A DNA stretch of 64,000 bases from Cystobasidiomycetes sp. EMM_F5. Lineage: Eukaryota. Location: contig JBPGPT010000028.1 of the NCBI GenBank assembly GCA_051047955.1, positions 1-64,000 on the forward strand. The letters run 5' to 3'. The notes under the pieces are model-generated. The model did not search any database. It was not told the DNA's origin and worked only from the letters and a program-made list of their open reading frames with translations. Shown one piece after another: positions 12,689 to 24,384 of this stretch. Position numbers and translations under genes: made by a program. How positions within the stretch are numbered: position 1 is the stretch's first letter; each line of letters starts with the position of its first letter.

Positions 12689-13993
12689 ATGCCCCACATC
12701 ACTCTACCCACGGGCACGTCAATGCACTACCAGTTCTACGCTGGCGGACAGCCCATCAACGATATCGACGACAGACGACGGCCAGTAGCAGTCCTCATTC
12801 ACGCCTGTCTCTCCGATTCCACGCAGTACAGAAAACAAATCCAGGATCCAAGATTTGGACATTATACATTCGTTACGATGGATAGCAAGTTTCACGGCAA
12901 GTCGACAGGGCAGCTCAAGAATGGCTTCTCATACAGGGTGAGTGCCCCGTCTAGTCGTACCGCTCCTTATTTGAAAACCGGCATTCTACAGGATGGAGCA
13001 ACAGACATCGCGTCAGCGATGGACATGCTCCGTATCCCAGCTGCTCACTTTGTGGGAGAGTCGTGTGAGTGCCGTAGATCCGCCTTCGATCTTCTCTTGC
13101 TCATGTCCGGGCCATCTTTTCCGCTGTTCTGTCTGCAGACGGAGCAAGGCGCATCGTCCATCTGGCAGTTGATCGCCCAGATCTCGTCCTGTCGATGATG
13201 CTCATCTCTCCCGGTGTATTTGGGGAAGAGTAAATCTCCTTGTTGCTCTAATGTCTAACTCAACCACTGACAGTGTCATGAATTTACAGACCCGACGAGC
13301 ATCAGATCCCTATTCGAGAATTACGAGACTTGATGATGGAGACCAACAGACGCTGCATGAGTGGAATGGTCCCTGCTTCCGAATGTCATTTCCCTCGTGA
13401 CGTGTCGATGGGCTATGTACAGTATCATTTCGGTGATGTACGTCTCTTCTCCCCTCGTTTGCTCCGTCCATCCTCACTGACTATCTAATATGTCAAAAGA
13501 CACTCGACTCGGACACGCTCGAAGAAGAAATTGACAGGTTCGATCGACAATTCTCTCGCGTCCGTCCCGAGGTCACGGAAGAGCTCTTGAATGCCTATCT
13601 AGCAAAGAAGCCTATTGCAGGCTTACATACCGTCAAATGTCCAGTTCTCCTACTGAGAGGAAGCAAGAACACCACTGAAGATCCTTCGATAGCTTGTGAA
13701 TTGTGGAAAGAGGCGTTTTGTAACTCTACCAACTTGGAATTTCATGTGAGTATATCTTTCCGCTTGCGTTTACGATAATCCTTCGCAGAGTGCAGTCGAA
13801 GCTGAAGTAATATGTGGGATGTATAGATGATCCATGGTGCTCCACTACGAGCGACGGCGGCACTACCATTCTTGGTAACGCGGGTAAGCGACATTGTAAA
13901 GACATTTGCTGCCCTCCGCTAACGTCGTCCCTTGATCCTCATTCACAGTTCATGGCCGGTTGGCTGGGCAAGAACGCGCATCTCAAGCACTGA
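12689..13993 (+). CDS. Alpha/beta hydrolase fold protein (~6 introns)
   Basis: VLIHA, MDSKFHGKS, a spliced nucleophile elbow G-E-S-Y-G and KCPVLLLRG. Stop TGA at 13991-13993. Confidence 0.85.
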
Positions 13994-14355
13994 CAACGAG
14001 ACCCGAACGATGCTCGGCACCTTATCTGTCTACGCAACACGAGCATCCGAAGCAAGCAATGCTTATACTAGTTGTTATCATTGAGCGAAGGGAAGTGAAA
14101 GGAGACTATCATTTGAAGGAAAAATGTGCTGTCGCTGTCTGTACTAATTTATTGGTTGTTTGAGGATTACCCCCCTTATTCGTTGGCTCGATATGTTGTC
14201 ACCAGAAGGACTGGCTATATGGATTGTTATATATCAGAAAACACGTCAGGCGTCTCGATATCGTTGATATATTTGCTACATGCTGCATAATGCGTCGAGA
14301 ATGCTACCATCAACGACTACTTCTACTGTACAAGCAAGTTCTCCCTGCCAATCTT

Positions 14356-16519
14356 TCAATGGCCATACGGGTTCTGCGCATAGAAAACGCCAAGGACTGG
14401 GAGCTTGTGTAGTTCCACATCGCCAAACCCTCTGAGCGTTGCCTGAGCTTGACTGACGCCTTTGATGCCTGTTCTCACCCCTTTTCCTCCACTGAATACA
14501 ATCTTTGCAATCCACCTCCGTAAGACATCTGCTCGCAGAATCTCGAAGGGGACATTCTTGACGTGCGCTCGCATGATGGTCGTCCCGTCCTCCAATTTGA
14601 CCGTCTCGGCGGGGGTGTAATCGTTTGTCCTAAATCTCGCAAACGCATTGAGTGGAAGCGGGACTGGTGGGATCTTGCCATTCCCATCGTCTCCGTCTGC
14701 TGGTGGTGCGAGATTGTCGTACAAGAGGATATCAGGCCATACGGCTGTAATGTTTATAGCGTCGTCCAACGCATCCATCCCTTCGGGAAACACTATACGG
14801 CCTTCCATGAGTCCATCAATCTGTAATCCTCCGCTCCCATCTTCTGAGCCATGGACTTTCATATCCTTGATTTGTAGATCCTTGAGCAGATCCCGCTCGT
14901 CGGGCGGCAGGCCAGGAAGAGCATATGCCACTTCTACCTCTTTCAGAAACGGAATCAAAAAGGAGGGAAGTGAATCAGCGAAGGGAGAATCCTGATCGAA
15001 AGAGACGAGAGCTGTGTTGTTTTCGCCAGAGAGGAATCGCGTGACAAACAGACTGAGCGATCTACTGAGTGGCGTTGAGGCGTTGTCTGTCCTCTCCACC
15101 GTAGCATTGATGGACACGTTGAAGTGCTTGTGTGTCGACGGAATCTTGAAGGGTTCTACGACACCTCGAGCTAGCAGTGCGCGGTCAGGAGTAGACGTGT
15201 CGTTGTGCTTGTCACCCTTCTTCCTCTTCCTGTGTGAGACGGGCAGTTGAATACGATATGGCCATGCAAAGGGAATCTCTAGGTCTAGACCATACTTTTC
15301 AAGTTGCTCGTAACCCGGATTGGAAACACGTGCATCTGCATATACTGCTAGGGTCTCCACTGGAGCTGGACTGTTATCGGGCGAGGAGGGGGCCTGGGGA
15401 ATAGGAACGAGGGTATAGTTTAGTAGCTGGACGAGTTCTGCGGGATCGGATGGGATGTCTGGAGATTCTGGGACTGTATTGTATGACCAGACATGGCATG
15501 TATTTCAGAAGCAGATACAGACCTCAAGTGACTGGAAACGCACCTGCAAATGTCGAGTTTGCGAAAATGTCCCTTACAGACTTTGCGCCGTACTGGCGCA
15601 TGGTCCTTGCAAACCATGATCTATCATCGTCTCTGCCGAGTCCAACGTCGGCCTGTTGGATATGAACGCTAACTGAATTGCCTTTGTATTTCATTGTGTC
15701 GTTGATGAATGTAGCAAGCGTGTCTGCGTCTAGCACTTTGAGGGGGATTGACAGCTTGACGGGCTTCAGCCAGCTGTCGTCTTCGTTGACGATGTCTCTG
15801 AGGGATTTGGGAAAGTACAGGGGAAGGATTATCGGACCGGATAGGATAAATTGAGCCATTGTATCTGAAGGAGAGGAGGACGGAGAGAGCAAGACTGGCT
15901 CTGGGAGATCCACCGACACTTGACCCGTCCTCCTCGCTGCCCATGCTACCAATCTCCTCTCGATTCGCCGTGTGAACGATACCCTCCTGGTCGCTGTCCC
16001 GTTCCACCCAAAGACTGTGGGTACGTGTATGCCCATCCTCATATCGACGCTCAGCAACGCCCCGTCTCTCGACACCCCGCCCAGCTCCACCCTGTCGGGT
16101 CCTCGATACACGACTGCTTCTCTGGCTCTCGCTTGCATCGCTGCCCCATCCCTTGCATACTGCTCGCTCACAAACCTCCCCAGCCAGATGTGAATGACGG
16201 CGAATGCGATGAAGACGAGGGCGATGATTCCACACCCGGCATAGCATACTACAGTCTGTATCTTTTCTCGCCTCTGTCGACGTCGGCGATGAACACCATC
16301 CACATTACTATTACTGCTCGTGTCACTCGGAGCCAGTCTGTCGTTGTCGATATGATTATCGTCGTCGTCGCCGTCTTCATCATCGAGCAGCCCACGGCCA
16401 TGCCTCACTGTCGCACTCGCAGCGGAGGACTGGCCCAGCAAGGGAGACCTCTCGTCGGGTGCAGTGCGAGTGGTCGATGTCGATATCCCTTTGCCCTTCC
16501 TGTCGTTATTGGTTGGCAT
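14356..16519 (-). CDS. Single-pass type II membrane protein, probably Tag1/DUF3712-like
   Basis: N-terminal cytosolic tail with the dileucine motif ERSPLL, one TM helix (VCYAGCGIIALVFIAFAVIHIWLG) and a long beta-rich luminal region. One intron at 15543-15474. Confidence 0.65.
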
Positions 16520-17168
16520 GGTGTGAGTTGACAGCAAGAGAGGGTGGCGGATTACAACGAAGATTAATATCTTGTTTGATGTTGGCAAGTAGCTGACTGC
16601 TGAGATCTAACTCGTCAATTACAAGCAGATGATAAACTAGCACGTCCTCACTGTTTTATGAGAATCACATCCACATCCACAGAGCACGACTGACGGATAC
16701 TGACATCACATCCATACTCGCAATGGCCAGAGATGGGCATGACAGCCAAGAGTGAACACGCACAGCCTATCAATACCCCAGAGGCTACACAATCTGCCAT
16801 GGAAGCACCGGTGTCGTCGGCGTAGCCTTCCAGATCAGGCAGCACTGCGCCGGAAGGGGGAAGTCGCGCAGGGAAAGCTGTGCCATGCCCAGGTCGATGC
16901 TGTTATGAATAGTAAACACGTTACACCGTCTCTTGCTGACGTTTTCCTTGGCCTTATCCGGGGCGCTGACGGCCAAGAGGAATGGCAGCTGAGGGTTGAA
17001 GAATGGAGGATGCAACAACATAGACCAAACATCGCTCTCGACTTTGCTACTCCATCTCCTTCTCATCGTCATCACTAACGCATACGATCAAGCTGGTCTT
17101 GATCCCGTCTTTCCGCAGACTTCAGCCAATACATTCTTTATCGTCATTCCACTCTCCGCATCTTCACA

Positions 17169-19722
17169 ATGAAGCTCACCCTCCAACCTACTATTCTCTT
17201 CATGATAGCCGCCACAGGTCTGGCAGACGCAGGATACCATCGGCAGTACGGACGTGCTGGCCGCCTTTCTCATGAAAATATCCGGCGAGGACCTTTGTCC
17301 GATGACGGATCAAAGAACTACACTACCGTCCCCAAGTCTACTACCCAATCCTCCACCTCCTTGATCTCCGAAGTCGCAAAGAGCTCTGTACTCAGTACAG
17401 CTTCCGCATCTCTGTCAAAGTGGAGCACATCCTTCAGCACCCCCTCAACAAAGTCATCAGCCGAGTGGTCCGCGTCCAGTACCTACTCTACTGAATCATC
17501 AACCAAGACTACGACACAGACATCTGCTTCTCGAAGCAGCTCGATCAGTAGCAGCATGTTTGTCAGTTCAACTACAGTACCCAATTCTCCCACCTCGTTC
17601 AGCAATCAATCCGGATCGTCAGCGTTTCAAACTGCCAACCGCACTGCCGCTGTTACTAGTGCACCCCTTCCCATGTCTTCCACGAGAAATTCTACATCGT
17701 TCCGCAACGCAACAAGTATGCCTGCTGCTCTGGCTGATCTACCAGACGACGAGCTCTGGGCCTACTTGAATGAGATTGACAAATGCGTCCTACCGACGAC
17801 CAAGGATGTTCCCATCGACCACGTTCCAACACAATCTAATGGTTCGCCCTTGGATTTTGCGGATCTCGAAATGTGGTCGGTGCGTTAGAACAAGCCGTCG
17901 TTGTTTGACACTATACTAAGTAACGCGCCGGTACGTCTCACCGCAGGGATTGCGCATGAACGAGTGGCTCGACAAGGTCTTCCAAACCTGCCCAGCTGTC
18001 AAAGATGCTCGATGCAATGTGAGGAAGGGCGAAGGTGACAAGTGTGATTTCACCACCTCTTTTGCCCGCCTCATGATCGGGGGGCAGTCTACGAGGTCTT
18101 CGGCGACCCTTCAAGAGTTCCAGGGCTTCAAAGTGAGTCCGTACACCGGCGCAAAAACATTTATTCGGACACTGAGATTTCCGCCAATCAACTCGACAGT
18201 GTGACAGCTTGAGCTGCGCATGGGGAGAAGCCAGTACACGTCGAGGTACAATGTCAGCCAGTGACGTGTACCTCTCGCTGTCCAAGGATGCTTCAGCAGA
18301 CGAGATACTTACGTATCGACGTTGGTATGCCCTTCTGGCGATGCAAAACATCTGGCGCTACCACATGAATCTCAACAAGTTTGTGGAGCAGGTCTTCCTC
18401 GACAAGTCGCTCCAGATCCATGCGCTAGTCGAGGACTTTGGCGGAAAGGAGCTTGCTGCTGCCGAACCTCCGACGACGCCCGGAGACATCTTTGTGAATC
18501 TCATCAAAGGCATTGCAAAATTCGTCCCTTTTGGTGAAGGCATCATGACGGGCCTGGACATTGTCGACGGAATCGTAGCGGCTTCGAAGGGCGATCTCAG
18601 CAAGGCAGCCAGTCAAGCCAAGAAGCATCTTGGAAAGGCACATAGCACCCTTGGCGATGCAATCGTAGGCGTGAGTGTAAACAACCGAGCTGGAATTACT
18701 GCATACGCACGGCAAAGCTGATACCGGGACATGTGCCGCATATACAGATTGTCAGCGTCAGTAAAGAGCTGGGCCTCACGGACAATGGATCCAAGAAGCC
18801 AAACAACGACAAAGCGAAGTACAAGCCTGTCAAGATTTCCGACTTTGGAGAAACCATCAAGAACATGCTTACCGGCATTAGAGATGGCGCTGCTGCCTCT
18901 GCGGCTCAGTCTATCGATAACTGGGAGGGGTACTTGTCAATGGCCAAGACCGGTCTCTTCTCTTCGTGGCAGGCCAAAGGCTGGGTTGTACAACAAAAGG
19001 CTGCAAAGGCGTATGGACAGTGGTTGACGGACCGTCTCGTTATGGAAATGTATAGGGCCAACAAGCTCTGGCTCTTCCAAGCAAAGTACCCAAATCTCTC
19101 CGCCTGCCAGGCTGACATTGCAGCTCGTACCTATTTTCCGGGTGAGGTCTGCCATCCACAGGCAGACGGTAGCGCCATCATCATCATTCCCTTCACGGCC
19201 TTCAATGGCGTTGAAGTCAAGGAGCCAGTCAAGTCGTACTATGATGGCTTTACAGCCGAGAAACTCAGCAAGTGGGGCATCAATCAGGGACCGGTGATTA
19301 TCAAATCAAAAGAATGCTACCGCTCTACGAATGCAGCATGGCTCGCCGACGAATGGGGCGGGGCAGTGTGCTCGATGAATCGTAATCTCTCCCCAGCCAA
19401 GACGTGGCCAGAGGAGGAGGATGGTGAATTTGGCAGCGATCCGCGAGACCGTCTCTGTCATTGGAATATTCCGGTCCTCGAGACGGATATCAGCAACGTC
19501 AATGCCGCCATTCGCCGACCTTGGTACTACTCGCAGGACAGGCAGTGCCTCGATACGTTCCAGCGTACAGGGTGGCCATGCCAGGACCTCGCGTGGAAAC
19601 AGTATGGCTTCCTGCACGCAGGCTCGGTGTACGGGGAGCTCGACAATGTGGATCATTACCTGGCGATTCCTAGCTTTGACAACAAGACGGGCAGGAATGG
19701 CTTTGCAGACTATTTCTGGTAG
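17169..19722 (+). CDS. Secreted ~780-aa protein: signal peptide, Ser/Thr-rich region, Cys-containing domain of unknown function
   Basis: Signal peptide MKLTLQPTILFMIAATGLADA. Exons ~17169-17879, 17947-18132, 18200-18670 and 18748-19722 join in frame via GT-AG introns. Confidence 0.8.
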
Positions 19723-20605
19723 GTAACATTGGATAAGGTATCTCGAACAGCTGGCACTGATGCGTTGCAATGTCCAAAAAAGGGGTTCGTTCGTCCGTAA
19801 AGGCGGCCGTCCATTCTTGTCGTCTGGTCCAGCCATGTACTAGTACGTCCATTCGAGCTAGCAGTATATGCGGTGATTTGCTGATGAGCGATGTCTCCAT
19901 CTTTTGCAACGACACAGTGCTCGCGCTCTCTTCTACCCAGACAAGGACCAGTGCAGTATCAATTCCCTGGGTGTCTTGCCAGCGGGTGTTGCTAGAAAGC
20001 AGGCTCCGGTTGTGGGACAGACCATCTTCCCGTAAACTCAAACGTACATGACATACCCCCGTGCTCCCATTCGCTGGCAGCGGAGAGAATTCCCGATATG
20101 AGCCGGAAAAGCGAGAGAGGGCATCGGGTTGACGATTAGTATACGAGTCTACTGTGTGTATAGTTCAAAGCTATCCCTGTATCTACTTCTTGCCTGCTTC
20201 TTCTGTGAAAAGTGATCGGGCTGCTCCGGCACCTCCGGCCCTCTCCCTCGCGAGTCTCAAGTGCTGCTGTTTTTGCGACCAGACAAAGCTGCGTTGACTT
20301 GAGCACAGCGCAGAAGAGGTGAGCAGCCATGAATTAATGGAATGCCATACTCGCACACCTCGCACTGCACCCACTGCGACTCTGCACTCGGACTGCCAAT
20401 TCTCCGCATGATAATTGGACAGCCAGGCAGGCAGAGGAGAATGGCAGAGGAGGGTTGGGAGGGAATGATGAATGGCACTCACCATGCAGTGGATACAAGT
20501 TGGTACACCGTATACTGACCTGCTTTCCCTCTCTCTCCCTCTGTATTTGCGGTCCATCTCGTCGCCTTTGTTACTCAATCATCCTCAGATTCACAAGCCG
20601 CAACG

Positions 20606-23600
20606 ATGCTCTCGAGAGGTATTGCAAGGAGTGGGGCAGCAGTAAAGGCGGCAGCGCTGTCGAGGAGCTATGCGACTCCGGCGAGCAGGATTGGTGATAC
20701 AAAGGTGGCCATGAGGTGAGCAATGCGAGCAGTGCGAGTGGATAGCATTGCTCTTTCTTTCTCCGTTCTTCCTTCACCCTACTCTCTTCTTCTCTTCTTC
20801 TCTTCCTCTCCCCTCCCCCCCTCTCCCCCTTCTCTTCTTCGTATCTCTTTCTTTCCTCTCTCTCTCCTACCCTGTCTTTCACACGCTGACACCCTCCTCA
20901 CCCTGCAGCTTGCTCGAGCCAAATGCCTACATCCAGTACCAGCGCATCGAAGACAAGTAAGTGGCACGATACACATCTCTTCGATTACCTTCTCACCCAC
21001 TCACTCTCTCCACAGCCTCGCCGTCGTTCGACAACGCCTAAACAGACCGCTCACCCTGTCCGAGAAGGTGGTCTATGGCCAGTGAGTTGGAAATGCGAGT
21101 CGAATTGAATGCATACTCATCACTACCCGCAGTCTCGACAACCCCCACGATGCCGACATTCAACGCGGCAACTCATACCTCAAGCTGCGACCGGATGTAT
21201 GTACATCTCCGAGCGTATAATAGAGACTGCTCACTGATCATGTATACGTATCCACAGCGAGTCGCTTGCCAGGATGCCACCGCACAGATGGCGCTACTCC
21301 AATTCATGACTGCCGGTCTGCCTACCGCTGCTGTGCCAACGACTGTGCGTCACGTCTTCCCCTCACTTGATGAAGGACCGAGTGTCTAATGTATTTGATG
21401 CGGTTGTGCAGGTTCACTGCGATCATCTCATCGAGGCACAGACGGGTGGTAAGCAGGATCTCGCAAGAGCTATCAATATCAACAAGGAGGTGTACGATTT
21501 CCTCGCTACTTGCACTGTACGTCGATTCGTCCACTAGTCCATCCGCATCTACTGAGCCATAATCTACGTACTGAATCGCCGCAACTCCTTATTGAATCAC
21601 ACTCTCTCTGCTGCCAGGCCAAGTACGGTATCGGATTCTGGAAGCCAGGCTCGGGCATCATCCACCAGATCATTCTCGAAAACTACGCCTTCCCAGGTGG
21701 AATGATGATTGGAACGGATTCCCATACTCCCAATGCCGGTGGTCTCGGAATGGTAGCCGTCGGTGTCGGTGGTGCAGATGCAGTAGACGTAATGGCAAAC
21801 CTGCCATGGGAACTCAAGTGCCCAAAGGCGATTGGCGTTAAATTGACTGGAAAGATTGGAGGATGGACTACGCCAAAGGGTGGGTGGATGACACCTGCGC
21901 GACTCTACAACAAAGGCTGATCGTATGCGTCCTGGAAATGCAGACGTCATTCTCAAGGTCGCGGGTATCCTCACCGTCAAGGGAGGTACAGGTGCAATCG
22001 TAGAGTACACTGGCGAAGGTGTCGACTCGCTCTCGTGCACCGGTATGGCCACCATCTGCAACATGGGCGCCGAGATTGGTGCGACCACTTCTCTCTTCCC
22101 GTACAATGATCGAATGGGCGACTACCTGCGAGCCACCAAGCGTGGTGACATTGCGAGCTATGCGCAGAGCTTCAAGCACAACCTGACAGCCGACAAGGAC
22201 GCAGAGTACGATCAGATGATTGAGATCAATCTCTCTGAACTTGAACCCCACATCAACGGCCCCTACACGCCAGATCTCGCTACCCCAATCTCAAAGTTTG
22301 CAGACGAAGTAAAGAAAAACAACTGGCCTTCCGAACTCAAAGTCGCTCTGATCGGATCGTGCACAAACTCGTCGTATGAGGATATGGGACGTGCTGCTTC
22401 CATCGCTCAGGAAGCGCTCGACCACGGCTTGAAGACGGTCTCCAAATTCACAATCACTCCGGGTTCTGAGCAGGTTCGCGCTACTATTGCACGTGATGGA
22501 CAGATGGGTACCCTCGAGTCTGTTGGCGGAGTCGTGCTCGCCAATGCATGCGGACCGTGCATCGGACAATGGGACCGAACGGACGTCAAGAAGGGAGATA
22601 AGAACTCCATCATTACGTCCTACAACCGAAACTTTACCGGACGAAATGACGCCAATCCTGGAACCCACGCTTTTGTAGCTTCACCCGATCTCGTCACTGC
22701 CATGGCATTTGCTGGCGACTTGACATTCAACCCGCTCACTGATTCGCTAAAGGGATCAGACGGAAAGGAGTTCAAATTCTCTGACCCGAATGGCAAGGAC
22801 CTCCCACCACGCGGATACGACCCAGGTGAAAACACCTACCAGGAACCACCTGCCGATCGTGAATCAGTCAACGTCCAAGTCTCCCCGTCCTCCGATCGTC
22901 TCCAGCTCCTGAAGCCATTCAAGGCTTGGGACGGTAAAGATCCAACAGACGCACCCGTCCTCATCAAGGCTGTAGGAAAATGCACAACGGATCATATCTC
23001 GGCTGGTGGACCGTGGCTCAAGTACCGTGGTCACTTGGAAAACATTTCTCAGAATTGCTTGATTGGTAAGTCGGCATTTGCGGAAATGGCAAAAGCGAGA
23101 TGTTGACATGAGAATGACGCAGGCGCGATCAACGAGGAAAGCCAGATTGCAAACAAGGTGCAGAACCTCAAGACTGGAGAATGGGGACCAGTCCCGACGA
23201 TTGCCGCCCAATACCGCGAGGCGGGTATCCCATGGGTCGTCATTGGGTAGGCGGGACGCATTCGAGAGAGGGGACGTCACTGACAATCTATCCAGTGACT
23301 GGAACTACGGCGAAGGCTCTTCCCGAGAGCATGCTGCTCTGGAACCCCGTTTCCTTGGTGGTACCGTAAGTCGGACCTGAATGGTGGCGAAAAATACGAA
23401 TTTGACTGTCAAATGCTGATGCACCTATCACGAAAAGGCTGTCATTACCCGATCATTCGCTCGTATCCACGAAACCAACTTGAAGAAGCAAGGCATGCTG
23501 CCGCTCAACTTCAAGAATCCGGAAGACTATGAGAAGGTCAAGGGCACCGATTTCGTCGACCTAGTCGGCATCACGAAGCTAGCGCCCGGCAGTGAAGTCA

Positions 23601-23929
23601 CGATGGTGTGCAAGCACAAGGACGGATCAAAGACTGAGATTCCATTGACGCATACTTTCAACGAGGGTGAGGCAGACTCATAACAAGCCTGAGGCAGCAT
23701 AAGCGCTAAATGTGAACCTGTTCCATCAGGCCAAATTGAATGGTTCAAGGCTGGTTCCGCGTTGGTGCGTAGTCGTTATGGCTTCTATATTGGGTCCGTG
23801 CTGATTATCTGTACTCTGTACTTTTGTCTGCCATCGTCTACAGAACAAGAGTAAGCCTTCTTCAATCCAAATCGTGAGATATGTAATACTGACATTTCCT
23901 TCCTTGCAGTGGGTCAATCCAAGAAGTAA
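20606..23929 (+). CDS. ACO1: Mitochondrial aconitate hydratase (~13 introns)
   Basis: Mitochondrial presequence [10 protein letters not shown]. Motifs [49 protein letters not shown] and [17 protein letters not shown]-terminus GSALNKMGQSKK. Confidence 0.98.
20750..20880. repeat. Polypyrimidine/polypurine low-complexity tract in ACO1 intron 1
   Basis: About 130 bp almost entirely C/T on the + strand. Confidence 0.9.
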
Positions 23930-24384
23930 ATCGATCACTATCCACCTTCTTTGCAGCAATAGAAAGGTTCTTTATCCAAGAGTCCGAGTCTGCCCCTCCC
24001 ATCGGGCGAGCTCAGCTCATCCCTACCCTGTGTGGTCCCAGGCAACAAAGTCTTATGATGTATAGTGAATGTCGGTACATGGTCTGAAATGCACGCACTA
24101 CGAAGATTCGCATACTGATGACATGGATGAATTGCTGTTTTCCGAATTTAGCTGACGCATCACTGATGATACTGAGTGACTACTGATCACCATTTGCTTG
24201 CTGCTGCGTTTCCACTTCCGTCTTTGCCCAAACTGTACAGCTCCGCATCATCATCTATCCTTGCCGTTCAACGGTCCACTCGCCGCTCGTCTGACGCTTT
24301 TCGGGCAGAAGTTTGCTTTTGACGCACGCAGCTGCGAAGGAAAGTCTTCTTTTCTTTACGCTGACTGCTGCCAGCTGATTGACC

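Noticed and set aside
20464..20520. Box C/D snoRNA-like pair (ATGATGA...CTGA)
   Set aside because: Short spacing, no clear D'/C' boxes, and no convincing rRNA complementarity that I could identify.
20571..21085. Glu/Arg-rich and Leu/Ser/Pro-rich ORFs
   Set aside because: They are translations of the intronic pyrimidine tract in ACO1.
24110..24190. Cluster of TGATGA/CTGA words
   Set aside because: No coherent snoRNA architecture or terminal stem.
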